Of a DNA stretch of 32,000 bases, positions 9,986-22,011 are shown piece after piece. Both the position numbers and the translations under genes were made by a program. A model generated the notes under the pieces. The model saw nothing but the letters and a program-made list of their open reading frames with translations. It was not told the origin of the DNA and made no database searches. This DNA is from Wallemia ichthyophaga EXF-994 (Eukaryota > Fungi > Basidiomycota), in NCBI RefSeq assembly GCF_000400465.1, contig NW_008806288.1, positions 237,603 to 269,602 of the forward strand, in the 5' to 3' direction. Each line of letters begins with the position of its first letter. The first letter of the stretch is position 1.

Positions 9986-12184
9986 ATGCCACAGCAAGGA
10001 AGTTATCCAGTAGGACCAGAAACAAAGCCAGAAGGCGAAGGAAGGTGCGTGTGGGGTGCTCTGTGTCTGTGTACCTGCTAACACTACTCCACAGACCAAG
10101 AAGATACTTTGGCAACAAGCCAGATGAGCCATTGCCAACGTGCCCAGCGGAAGGCGTACACACACTTTATGACATTATCCAGTACTGCGGCCGTGTTCAT
10201 GGCGAGAGAAACGCCATCGCTTACCGTGACCTCATCAAGGAGCATGTCGAGGAGAAGGAGGTCCAAGGCCCAGATGGGAAAAAACACCCAAAGAAATGGA
10301 CTTACTTTGAACTGAGCGAGTTCAAGTGGCTCACCTGGCCTCAGATTCTCAAAAAGGTTGAAAATATTGGCTCTGGTTTGGCTAATTTGGGTTTGAGTAA
10401 GGAGACGATTTTCAACATCTACGGACAAACAGCAGCCAACTGGCAAATCATGGCGCACTCGTGCGTTAGGCAGAATGTCCCTTTCTGTACCGCATACGAT
10501 TCACTTGGCCCTTCTGGATTACAGCACTCGTTGTCTGAGCCAGATGTTGTCGGTATGTTCACCAACGCTGATCTTCTCCCAGTGGTTTCTAGTGTGAGTT
10601 TACAGCTTATCATTTGCGCAACTCCCACTCAATCACCGCTCACAGGTCATCAGTGAGACACCGTCTGTCAATATCGTAATTTATGACGGCGTAGCGGACG
10701 AGGAGCAGATCAAGAAGCTGCAGTCTATCGAACGCACTGGCGGCGAAAAGCTCAAGGTTATCCACATGGACGAGGTTGAGAAAATCGGCTCAGAGAAGCC
10801 AGTCGACCCAAAACCGCCACACAAGGATGACACTGTCACCATCATGTACACTTCAGGCTCCACTGGTGCACCTAAAGGCGTTGTTCTCACCCACGAGAAC
10901 CTCGTCTCGGCCGTCGCTGCCGTCATCAAGATGTTAGGGCACCACTTAACAAAGGACGATACCTTCCTCGCATACCTGCCATTAGCTCACATTTTGGAAT
11001 TTATCGTAGAACTGCTGATCATGTTCGTCGGTATGCCTATTGGATATGGTCGCGTCAAGACCCTCACCGACCAGTCTATGCGCAACTCCAAAGGCGACAT
11101 CCAGGCATTTAAGCCATCTATCATGATCGGTGTTCCAGCTGTGTGGGAATCTATCCGCAAGGGTATCCTCGCAAAGGTTGGGCAGCAAGGTGCGCTCAAG
11201 AAGAATATCTTCAGCGGTGCTATGGCATTGAAGAAGACATTCGGTGGTAAGATCCCTCTCGTAAGCTCTCTCACTGATGCGGTTGTTTTCAAGGCGATCA
11301 AGCAGCAGACAGGGGGGAGATTGCGTCTTACTCTTTCTGGTGGCGCTGCTCTCAGCAAAGACACGCAAGAGTTCTTGTCTACGGCGCTAGTTACTGTGTT
11401 GCAGGGCTATGGTATGACTGAGAGTTGCGGTATGTGTGCTATCTTGCCACCTGAATTCATGCAGTACAATGTTGTCGGTGTGCCTGTCCCCGCTGTCGAA
11501 ATTAAGCTCGTTGATTGCCCAGAAGCCAACTACAAGTCTTCGAACAACCCGTCACAAGGCGAAATCTTTATCAGGGGTCCTTCCATCACTAAAGGCTACT
11601 TCAAGAGACCTGATGTAGACAAGGAGGTGTTTGTTGGAGATGGCTGGTTCAGAACTGGTGATGTTGGACAGTGGAATGTGAGTGTTGGTAATTATAGTGA
11701 CTCACCTCTTTAACTCGGTTTACAGGCTGATGGTACACTTTCAATCATCGACAGAATCAAAAACCTCGTCAAGTTGCAGGGCGGTGAATATATTGCACTT
11801 GAGAGACTCGAATCGCAGTACAAGTCGTGTCCATTAGTTGGGAACATCTGTGTGATTGCAAACAACAATGCTAAGCAGCCAGCGGCGGTTATTGTGCCGA
11901 ATGAAGCGCACTTCAAGGCCTTTTTGAGTGAGAAGGGGATCGGAAATGCTAGTGACATTGGGTCATCGTTGCAGGACATGCAAGTCGTCAAGGCATTCAC
12001 CGCGGAGGTTAATCAAGGCGGCAAAAAGGCTGGGTTTAAGGGCATGGAGTTGCTCGAGACTGTCATTCTCACCCTCGACGAATGGACTCCTCAGTCTGGC
12101 CTCGTTACTGCTGCTCAGAAGATTCAACGTAAGGCCATCGAGAAGCAATACGCGGAGCCTATTAGCAAGTTTTACAATCACTAA
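9986..12184 (+). CDS. FAA1: Long-chain fatty acyl-CoA synthetase (Faa1/Faa4-like)
   Basis: AMP-binding motifs IMYTSGSTGAPKGV, QGYGMTE and GWFRTGD, plus the FACS signature DGTLSIIDRIKNLVKLQGGEYIALE. Three GT-AG introns of about 50-60 nt. Confidence 0.95.
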
Positions 12185-12361
12185 TGAAATTTCTTTCATG
12201 TCTATATGAAACTGGAGGAAACTTGAGACACATAACACATAGCACATAGCACATCTTAATCAACTCAACGATCTTAAACCAACTAAATGAAAATATCTCA
12301 TCTCATTCTACATATCACATATCACATATCACAAACAAATCTTGTCTTGATACATGTCTCT

Positions 12362-13376
12362 TTATTCGTACAAAACTCTCTTCATGTCTATCCAGCAGCC
12401 TGAATTGTCGACCCAGCCGAGACTGCCGATTTCGCATTCACCGCAGGCGAGAAATTTGGAAACGTTGGCGGGAGTTCCCGGAGCAATTTTGGAGAAGGTG
12501 ATGTTTTCGAAAGACATTGGACTAGGCAGTCTCCAAGCTTTGGTCATATGTGGTGGGGGTAGAGAGGGGTGAGAGAACTCCTTGTTTGGGAGGAGTATGC
12601 TGAGTGGGTGGACAGTATCGAGATCTTTCAGTTCAGCTTCGCGTGCGAGAAAGACGAGTGACCTGCATCCGTCGCGAGGACAGCGGGCGTTACGTGAATT
12701 TTTCAACTCACTGACGAACGCGTCGTAGCTGCTGTGATCAGTGAATGGGGTGAGAGTAAGAGGGGACGGCTTTGGTTGTGGTTTGTTGAGAGCAGCGAGT
12801 ATATCCGCCTGTGAGAGTGTAGGTCGTCTCTGCGGGATGATGTCATAGACGAGCTCAAACAAATCACTCTGGCGTTTATCGCCATCTTCTGCCTCCTTGG
12901 TAAGCTTGAATTTGAAATGCTCGAAGAATGGTACGCGCTGTTTGCGTGCGTGGACTACAGCCCTGTTGTAGCTCGATTCATCGAGTCTGCGCATGTATTC
13001 CGCGAAAAGCTTCTCGGGGATGTGGCTGTCACGGTGCTGTGGATGCACAGATAGCGAGTGTATACAGACTGTGTGGCCAGATGGGTCGTGTGCGGTGGAC
13101 AGTGCATCGTCATTTGAAAGCGTGCCTGAAACGTATCCAAGTAGACCTTTGGTGCGTGGCTGCGAGAAAATCCCCAGAAACAAATCACAGGCGTATCTAT
13201 GTCGATATTCTAGTTGATCGTGGGTTGTAACCAAGTCTCCATCGTCTGCGCTGGCTGTGAGATTCTGGGTGAGAAACGCGGAGGGACGAGAGATACTCAC
13301 AAGCAGCTTCAATTTCATAGGCAGCAGCTACCTCCTCCTTCTCAAGCCTATCGATTATATAATTATCATCAAACAT
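12362..13376 (-). CDS. GNAT (polyamine/arylalkylamine N-acetyltransferase-like) fused to a C-terminal Mss4/Dss4 zinc domain
   Basis: ATG 13376, intron 13300-13255. GNAT part: AYEIEAA...HDPSGHTVCIHSLSVHPQHR. Mss4 part: RCPRDGCRS...SPMSFENITFSK...KFLACGECEIGSLGW. Confidence 0.85.
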
Positions 13377-13430
13377 TCGAGTCTTGTTGGCTGTTTGAGT
13401 TGTACGACCATCACCCATCTACACGCAGAT

Positions 13431-16400
13431 ATGGCTGGTCCACCACTGCCACCAAAACCACGCCAATATTCTAGCACCATCGACGATAAGTTCGCCGATG
13501 TATACAACAGCCTCAACAAACTCACCCACAATCGCAATTACTCGCAGTCGACCAGAGATAGTATTTATAATCTCTACGGCGATAGCTTCGGGGGATATGG
13601 CAGCTACGATAACCTTGATAACCGCGATATGCACGATAAATACTCTGATACTGAATACAGTCCCGTAAATCCAAATCTGTCTTCCATGCACCAGCAACAT
13701 CTCGTCGTTGGTTCTCATCCTGCCGCTGTTGATCCAGCAAACAGAAGAGCCGCCGTATTGCCCCCTCCAAGGGACTCCAGGCAGCGTAATCTATCACCCG
13801 TTTCCGCTCAAAGGGCGGTCCCATCGCGTCAGACGCTTTCGAATACGCAGCCCACCGACCCGAGCACCGATCACTCCACTCTCTACTCTCCGTCTTCGTT
13901 TCTCACCTCAGAGCAGCCGTATCAGGGGAATCCTCTGCCATCCCCCCTCACTGGTCCCTCGGCACAAGACAACGTATCTACATACTCCCCTCAGAAAAGC
14001 CCTAAGTTGAGGCCTTCGAGTGTGCGAGAAAGGGCTAGCTACACTCCACTCCCCCACGAGGTGCTTGCTAGAGAGGATCCCTATGCACATCTACAGCAGC
14101 CTTACAATAGCCCTCTGGCTCACATTTCAACGGACTCTTTCAGCTCGCCTGGAACTTCCATTCAACAGGCCCCGTCTCTCTATCCTCCAACTTCCACTCC
14201 ATCTACCCCCCAATCAAGACCTCAGCCATTTAGTTACCCCTCCGTTCAGGCTCAGTCGTCTATGCATAATGCTCAATTGCAGTCGTACGTCCAATCAAAA
14301 GCAATTGCATCTCCGAAAAAGAACACACCTATCAATAAAGGGTTGAATAGACGCACGATGGACACTTCTTTCCCTGACGACGAGTATGCTGAAGCTTACT
14401 ACGATGAATTGCAAGACGATGAGTTGCAAACGGGCTTAAGGGGTTTCAACATATATTCCATCGTTAAGCCACATCTCCTCAAAGATCTCGCTGTTCAGTT
14501 CAAGGATAATGTTGTCAGAGGTACACACGTCAAAGGATCTGTGCCTTTTGATATGTCTTTCACTGGGAAAGATGTTGTCAACACCATCCGCGATCTATTT
14601 CCAACCGTCGTGAAAAATTCTTCTGTTTCTAGATCCCTAGCAGTGCAAGTCGCGAGAACTTTTCAGTCCCAGCTCTATTTTTTTGAAGTTGAGTTTAATA
14701 TGATTCTCGTGTCTGACGATGTACAAGAGATATTCATCTTTCCGGATGAAGTGGGTTTACAGGGCGCTGGAAGTGACGAGATCCCAACTGGTGTGTTTAT
14801 TGCGTTGACTCCTTGTTACAGGTGAGTGGCTCGCTTTTCACTACATTTAACATCTTACATGTTCAGTTTGATGTGTCCTGGTGACGAAACATGCTATTCG
14901 TACAGCTGTCCTTACAGAGCAAAGAAGGTGGGTGCGAAGATGAATGTGTTAGGTATCGAACATCATTCTAACACGCACTAGGCACTCCATCTCGTTTCAG
15001 CCACACAAATTCCAAATATAGAAGAAATCATCGACGAGGAGTTTAAGGTGGGTATATATAATCTCGCGTATCGCTCTTTTCTGAGTCTATGTAGGACTGG
15101 ACTGAGCGGGTCGAGCCAGAGATACTCGTCACGCTCGACGACCAGGAACGCGAACGCCAATCAGTCATTCAACAGGCTTTGGAATCGGAAGTACAATATT
15201 TAGAGGCGCTGGATACGATAGAGTCGCTCTACATTGAGCCACTTCGCATGGTGAAACCTTCAATCATTCCACTTGAACGATTAGAATCCTTCATTGAAGC
15301 TACTTTCGCCGGTTTATTAGCATTGAGGGAGTATAATCGTCGTTTAGTGGAACAATTCAAGATACGACAAAGAGAGCAGTCAGGATTACTCGAAGCCGCC
15401 GGTGATATCTTCCTCAGCTCATTCATCGAATGGCAAGACTGCTATCCAGATTATGTTGGCAGTTTGCCAACGATAGAGAGTATGATTCGGGAAGAACAAG
15501 AACTGAATGGGAAGTTTAGGGACTTTTTGATGGAGTGCGAACGCAAACCTGAGTCTCAAGGGATGGACCTCATAACACACTTGCAGAGACCGGCTCACAG
15601 ACTGAGCAGATATGCAGTATACCTTAATGCCATACTTAAAGAAACACCTGAAGGACATACTGACTGTGGATATCTTGTCGAGGGAATGAAAGCAGTGAAA
15701 AGATTGACAGATATCGGTACTCTAGTCTTATGGCAACATTCTGATCCAAACCATAGTAATATACAAGGATGGACCGATTTAGTAGAGCCTGAGGTCATAA
15801 TGTCGCTAGACAAGAAAGAGATAGAGAGACAAAACAACATATTTGAGCTAATTCGAACAGAGATGGGCTACGTTAAAGATCTTGAGAGGTTCACAAAGGT
15901 GTTCATTAGACCTTTACGTGATGCGAAAGATTCAATTATACCAAACTATAGGATAGATCACTTTATTTATGAGGTCTTTGGAAACCATGTCGATTTGTTC
16001 GAACTACACAACTCATTTATAAAACAACTACACAAAAGACAGAGGGAACAGCATCCCATTATAGATTCGATTACTGATTGCGTCCTCTCAATTGCGCTCA
16101 ATTGGGGTGAAGCATACGAAACTTATTTGCCGCATTACCCCTATGCCAAGAATGCTTACGATGAAGAAATAATGACTAACGAGAAATTTGTTGAGTTTGT
16201 CTCAGCTTGTCGAAGGTTACCTGAGTGTAGAAGACAGGATTTGTCTGCGTTTCTCTTTCTCCCGCCTCAGCGTCTGCCAAGATATCCACTCTTGCTTGGT
16301 GATATAGTCAAGCATACAAAACCAGACCATCCTGATAAGCTGAATATTGAAGACGTGATCGAGCTCATCAAGTCTAAGATCAAAGAGATCAACGCTAATG

Positions 16401-18340
16401 TTGGTGTTGCGACGGAGAAGGTTAAGCTTAGGAACTACTCCAAGATTATTATCCACCGCGATGGCTCTGTGAATGTGGGTGCCGGACCTTGTTTCTGATT
16501 TGACTGACTATGAAAAGGGACTCGACTTGGCAAATGACGCACGTACACTTGTATACGAAGATACTGTGATAAGACACTCGGAAGGTACAACTTCAATGAC
16601 GACGAGTAATTCTGATATAAAGATGATGTTGTTCGACCATTACCGTGAGTGAAAAGAAGCCTTTTGCAAGCGTACTTAGCTCACCTGTCACCAACTTACA
16701 GTTGTACTTTGCAAGGAGAAGAGGGTTGACAAAGTGGCTGGCAGGAGAGTGTTTTACATTTGGAAGAGAGTAAGTGTTGGTTTAGTTGTGTGAAGTCGCA
16801 GAAATAACAAATACACCAGCCAATCCCACTTGATCTTCTCACTTTGAACGACTTCAATGGCCCTCCACTCAAGCAAACGAGTCGTATTCGCGGTGCGTTA
16901 GGACGTGGAGTCAATGACGAAGAGAGCGGATTGATATACCCGTTCTCATTCATTGCATTGTGCAGACCAAGGTTAGAGTACACGCTGTTCACAGACGATC
17001 CTGCAAAACGGTTCAAGTGGCAAGAAAAGCTAGAGGAAGCGCTATTCCTGCATTCGCAGGTGCAGGAGGAGACGAACAAGGTTTTTGAAGCGGTGCCATT
17101 GAGTATAGATACATTCCCAGCTACGAGGCTCGCAGGGGCATTCGAAGACAATCCACTTACTGGTAGAGTTACTTGTTCAGTGCCCTTCAAGACAAATGAC
17201 GGTCGGAGACTGGTAGCGATTGGATGCGCAGAAGGTCTTTGGATAGGATTGCGCGGGGAGCCAACGTCATTGCGAAGAGTATTGCATTTGAAGAACGTAA
17301 CGCAGTGTGCAGTGTTGGAGGAATTCGGAATGTTTATCGTTCTTGCTGATAAAATCCTCGTGGCATATTCCGTAGAAGCACTAGTGCCATCAGCTAGCAC
17401 AATCAATAGTGGTGGATCTAGTCTGTCACGCACACCACAAAAATTGTCAGGTACAAAAGATGTAATTTTCTTCACAGTGGGAAAGTTACATGAAAGAACG
17501 CTAGTTATATTCATGAAACGGAAAGGAATGGATTCGGTGTTTAGAGCAATGGAGCCGGTATCGGAGAAGACACTAGCTGAGCGTGCACCAGTGAATGCGT
17601 TCAATAGATTATTAACTGGTGGAAAATCAGGATGGTTCGAGAATTATCAAGTCTTCTTCATACCCTCTGAAGCGACGGATCTGCTCTTTTTGAGAGCTAA
17701 GCTTGCAATAATATGTAAGCGAGGGTTTGAGATAATGGATCTGGAGACGTTAAAGGGAGGATCAATACCAGATTTCGCCAGTGGTAAGAATCAGCGTGAT
17801 CCGCAGATATCAGCATTGGGGAAGAAATGTGATGATGCTACAGCGCTAGCGATATTTAAGTCAGGTGATCAAGAATTTTTGCTTATTTACCAGCAATTTG
17901 GTTTCTTCGTGGATCGACATGGAGATCCGCACCGACTGGAGCATTTCACTGAGTGGGAGGGCAAGCCAGAGTCGGTTAGTTGTCACCCACCTTACGTACT
18001 GCTATTCGATTCAGAATTTGTGGAGATACGCGAGATGGAGACGCTGAATCTGGTGCAGGTGATAAAGGGGAATGAGATACACAGGACATGGGGGGGAGTA
18101 GGACTATCGCCTCATTCAATATCGCCGAATGGGTGGGTAAACAATCCAGAGCATCTGGGGGAAAGCAGGTGCCATCTGGTAATGAGAGTGGATAATGATA
18201 ATCAGATGTCAAGGGGTCAGAGAGGTACATCTTCGCAGAGGGTTTTTGAGCTTGCACCCATTTGGCACTACAATCAGATTGATACTAGCCTGATGTATCA
18301 GAGTGCCACGCCATACCGGAGCTATGTGAGTAGGGCGTAG
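13431..18340 (+). CDS. Rom1/Rom2-type Rho GEF (DEP, two DH domains, PH, CNH)
   Basis: DEP-like HVKGSVPFDMSFTGKDVVNTI; DH motifs ESEVQYLEAL... and RTEMGYVKDL...PPQRLPRYPLLL; PH; CNH VTCSVPF...LVAIGCAEGLWIG...VTQCAVLEEFGMFIVLADK. Six GT-AG introns reconcile the three ORF-track segments. Confidence 0.92.
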
Positions 18341-18740
18341 GTGGGCTTGCAGGAATGTATTTATATAGATGTATGTCGTATGATGAGAAAACGCGTGAAA
18401 ATTATGTGAAAAGGTGTGAAAATTTGCAACAGTCTGTATTGACAACGGTACAATGAGAAGGTGATATAATTATCGCTATCAATATGGGGACAGGGTGGAG
18501 GAGTGTTATATAAGCAGAGTTTGCAATTTGCGAAACCCACACAAGTGACGTGGCATACAGGGTGTGAACGAGGGAAGCGTGTACAATCATGATATGCGTG
18601 CTCACTCAATGATAACTCGAGAGTTTATCAATATAAAGCTGCGTATACGGATATACGCAGTGCAACTGCGCACCGCAGAAACGGAGCCGGGAGCCGGACC
18701 GAGGTGGTTAAACTGCAACGACCACGTGCAAAATAAGGAG

Positions 18741-19884
18741 AATGACAAGATTGAATGTACTTGTAACTGGTGGCAGTGGTGGGTGTGGCAGGAGTAAGCT
18801 AGCGATATAATCTCACACCGGACCGGCAGGATATATTGGCTCGCACGTAGTGCTCCAGCTGCTTCTCTCGCAGCGCTACAACGTCGCAGTGATTGACAAC
18901 TCAGCCAACTCGCACCCAGAGTCGATCAAGCGGGTTGAGGAGATCGCGCATGCCGAGACGGGCGAGCGTCACAGCGTGCGTCTGTTCCAGGGCGATCTGA
19001 AGCAACGCGGGGATGTGGAGAAGGTGTTTAACTATTTCGACGAGCAAGAAGAGAAAAGAGGCGTCTACGGTGTAATCCACATCGCAGCTCTCAAAGCCGT
19101 CGGTGAGAGTGGGGAAAAGCCACTGGAGTACTACATGAATAACATCAGCGCATCGCTACAGCTGCTTGATGTGATGCGCGCACACAACTGCTTCCGCTTT
19201 GTCTACTCCTCCTCAGCTACCGTCTACGGCGAACCTCCAGCGGTGCCTATCCCAGAGACATCCCCACTGCAGTCTGAGTCGCCATACAGTCGCACAAAGG
19301 TGTTTTTCGAACAGATGCTCCGCGATGTAGCCAACGCGCAGCCGGATAAATGGCGTATTCTCTCCCTTCGCTACTTCAACCCAGCAGGCGCTCACCCCTC
19401 TGGTCGTATCGGTGAGGATCCCCTAGGAAAACCTAACAATCTTCTCCCGCTGCTCGCTCAAATTAGCGTTGGTAGAAGCTACGGTCAGCTCAAGGTGTTC
19501 GGTAACGATTACCCAACGTATGACGGGACATGTGTGCGCGATTACATCCACGTCATGGACCTCGCGGCGGGTCATATGAACGCACTCGATGCTCTCGATA
19601 AAGATGCGGTTTTCCACGACGTAGCTCCAGGGAAGGCGAAAGCGTACAATCTGGGCACAGGCAAGGGACAGAGTGTTTTGACAATGATCGAAAGTATGCG
19701 CAAGGCTAGTGGGTTTGAATATCAGTATGAGATAGTCGACAGGAGGCCTGGCGATGTGCCTAATCTCACGGCTGATCCCGCTCTGGCTATCAAGGAACTC
19801 GGATTCAAGACGGTGAGAGGTTTGGAGGAAATGTGTGCAGATACGGTGAGATGGCAAAAGGGCAATCCAAATGGATACAGGTGA
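18741..19884 (+). CDS. GAL10: UDP-glucose 4-epimerase (GalE; epimerase domain only)
   Basis: MTRLNVLVTGGSG|YIGSH across intron 18779-18829; SSSATVYG; YSRTK catalytic YxxxK; LRYFNPAGAHPSG; DGTCVRDYIHV. Confidence 0.96.
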
Positions 19885-19989
19885 ATAATAATAAATTTAA
19901 ATTGATTTGCTTTTGTTTTATAACTGCGTCTGCGTCTGTGCGATGGTCGCTGACAGCGCTGTCATCGACGGTGACTATCGGACGCATGA

Positions 19990-20945
19990 ATGAGACGCGA
20001 AATAGGGAACAAAGGGATTAAAAGGGTTAATAGAGTAAGAGAAAGGTGGGATATGTGGTACAAAGGAGAAGACGGCAGCAGTGTAGTTGTCAGTCCTGGC
20101 GAAGAGACGGGATACACGGCGCAAGCTGCGGTGACGCCGACGGATGGGCGCACGGTGATGAATGGATTGCCCACGAGTTTGGAGTATGGGGCGGAGGGGG
20201 CTGTGGGTGGTGGCAGCAACGGCGACAGCAGCAGCAATAGCAGCAGCAATAGCAGCAGCAATAGCAACAGCAACACCTCAAGCAACACTCACTCTCTAGG
20301 TCCACACTCACCCTCCGCTTCCTCCTCTTCTGCTCTCACCGCTGGCCCTATTGTCGGGATAGTCGTTGGTGTCGTTGCATTCACACTGATCGTCTTACTC
20401 GTACTGGGAAAGTGGCGGCGTCGGGCGAGTCGTCGGCGTGTAGATGCATATGCGCGGGCAGCGGGTATAGCGCGCACCCAGCCGCATTGGCGGGGCGTGA
20501 GTAAGAGTGGGAAGGGCACTAGTGAACTGCCCACAACAGCCGTCGTCCGAGGTGAAGCGGAAGCGGAAGCAGTGAAAAGCCAGCATTCGCGCAGCTACTC
20601 GGAAGCAGCAGGCGAGTCGAGTCTGCAGCACACGCAGCACACGCGGCGTACTAGCACCTCCTCCTCTCTCATACCAAGCGAGACGGAGAAAAACTCGGTA
20701 GCTGCGGCGTCCTGGTTCAGAGGGAGTGGGGGTACAACTACCAATACTGCAAACACCCACACTAGCAACGCTAGCATGTCCGACGCCGTTCATGTCACTC
20801 GCTCTGATAGTGACACGAGCAGATTTAGACGTGCGCGTAATAGCTTTGGCTCCCCGCTCGATATGCTGTGGGTGGACAGTGTTTTTTTTTGGCGTGTGGA
20901 CTGATTATTAATCTTCTCGGCAGTGTCAGGGGATTTGGCAGGTAA
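19990..20945 (+). CDS. Single-pass membrane protein with Ser/Asn-rich N-terminal region (Mid2-like TM segment)
   Basis: AGPIVGIVVGVVAFTLIVLLVLG followed by KWRRRASRRR. Terminal intron 20868-20923 gives ...DMLVRGFGR*. The 5' end is uncertain and there is no clear signal peptide. Confidence 0.55.
20221..20283 (+). repeat. (AGCAGCAAT)n-type coding microsatellite (poly-S/N)
   Basis: Imperfect AGC/AAT repeats encoding SSSNSSSNSSSNSNSN. Confidence 0.7.
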
Positions 20946-21022
20946 ATAGATAACTCTAGATTGAGTAGAAAGAAAAAGCAAAGCTATAATATAAGTTACA
21001 CTATATATACCCCTTAAACATA

Positions 21023-22000
21023 TCACAGATCGAGGTCGTCGTCTGGATCATCGTCATCCCAGTCGTCGGCACTGTCGGGGTCGTAGCTGATGACGGGTGC
21101 GGGTGGGTGAGTGTTACTTGTCTGTACATGTGCATCCTCCTGCTGAGCCTGCAGGTAAGGCGGAAGGACAGATTCGCGTGCCTGTTTCTGCGCATCAGTG
21201 AGAGCGAGGTTGAAGGAGGCGTGAGTGGGTGGAGGTGGTTGAGACGATTGCGTGGATTGCGTGGATTGCATGCCATCTGCACTCCCCTGCTTATCCTTCA
21301 CCTGCACCTGCTCGAGGTCATGTTCGGTGACATCTTTAATATGCAAACCGTGTGCACCCTGCACAGCGACTACATCCAGCGAACGACGCACGAGTGGTTG
21401 TTTCGGGCGGGGAGAGCGCACGACGCCTTCGACGACAAAGCAAGACTGGTGGTGCTGGGAAGGGTGAATGGGCGCCAAGAGGAGCTGTTCATGCAGGACG
21501 CTGTAGAAGGACGGGTGGGTGGGTGCGAGACCGTAAGCTGTGCGTGTGGTGTGGTAGTGCGGGAGTGGGTGGAGAGTGAGCGTGGATATTGTGGGTGTGG
21601 TGGATGCGTTGGTGAGTGTGTGGAGGAGGTGAGTGTGAGTGTGTGGAATGGCCGCGATGACGCGCTTAACGGGTGTGCGTCGTATCACCTCCCTCAGTCG
21701 AGTTGCTGGGAGAAGAGCCATGTTGTCGATTATGAGCGGTGTGTGTGGGAGTGTGGGTGTGCCAAGGCCAGCAGAAATATAGCGCATGTCTATATAACCC
21801 ACGTAGTCACTGTCCCCTAACACTCCCTTATAAAACTCCGGGGACTGCTCGTAGCAGAGGATAGTAAATGGGGTGGATTGGTGGAGGTATTGCAGGGCTA
21901 TGTAGCGTAAGAGAAGAAACGGGGATTGTTGGTGTGAGTGTGAGATTAGGAGGAGTGGTGTGTTGTGTGGATTGCTGGGTGAGAGGATATCGTCTAGCAT
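21023..22000 (-). CDS. ELP5: Elongator complex subunit 5 (Elp5/Iki1-like)
   Basis: C-terminus ASFNLALTDAQKQARESVLPPYLQAQ...ISYDPDSADDWDDDDPDDDLDL* is characteristic of the Elp5 family. First in-frame ATG is at 22000. Confidence 0.75.
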   Translation of the reverse strand: MLDDILSPSNPHNTPLLLISHSHQQSPFLLLRYIALQYLHQSTPFTILCYEQSPEFYKGVLGDSDYVGYIDMRYISAGLGTPTLPHTPLIIDNMALLPATRLREVIRRTPVKRVIAAIPHTHTHLLHTLTNASTTPTISTLTLHPLPHYHTTRTAYGLAPTHPSFYSVLHEQLLLAPIHPSQHHQSCFVVEGVVRSPRPKQPLVRRSLDVVAVQGAHGLHIKDVTEHDLEQVQVKDKQGSADGMQSTQSTQSSQPPPPTHASFNLALTDAQKQARESVLPPYLQAQQEDAHVQTSNTHPPAPVISYDPDSADDWDDDDPDDDLDL

Positions 22001-22011
22001 CTTGTTGGTGG

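Noticed and set aside
13257-13430. Rom ORF extending antisense over the GNAT start
   Set aside because: The extension relies on a GTG start. ATG 13431 gives a normal N-terminus.
18682-18701. CGG/CCG-rich motif upstream of GAL10 as a Gal4 site
   Set aside because: Spacing is N8/N9, not CGG-N11-CCG, and Gal4 control of GAL genes is not established for basidiomycetes.
18741-19884. GAL10 lacks the mutarotase domain and has no GAL1/GAL7 neighbours
   Set aside because: The fusion and cluster are specific to certain yeasts, so a stand-alone epimerase is ordinary.
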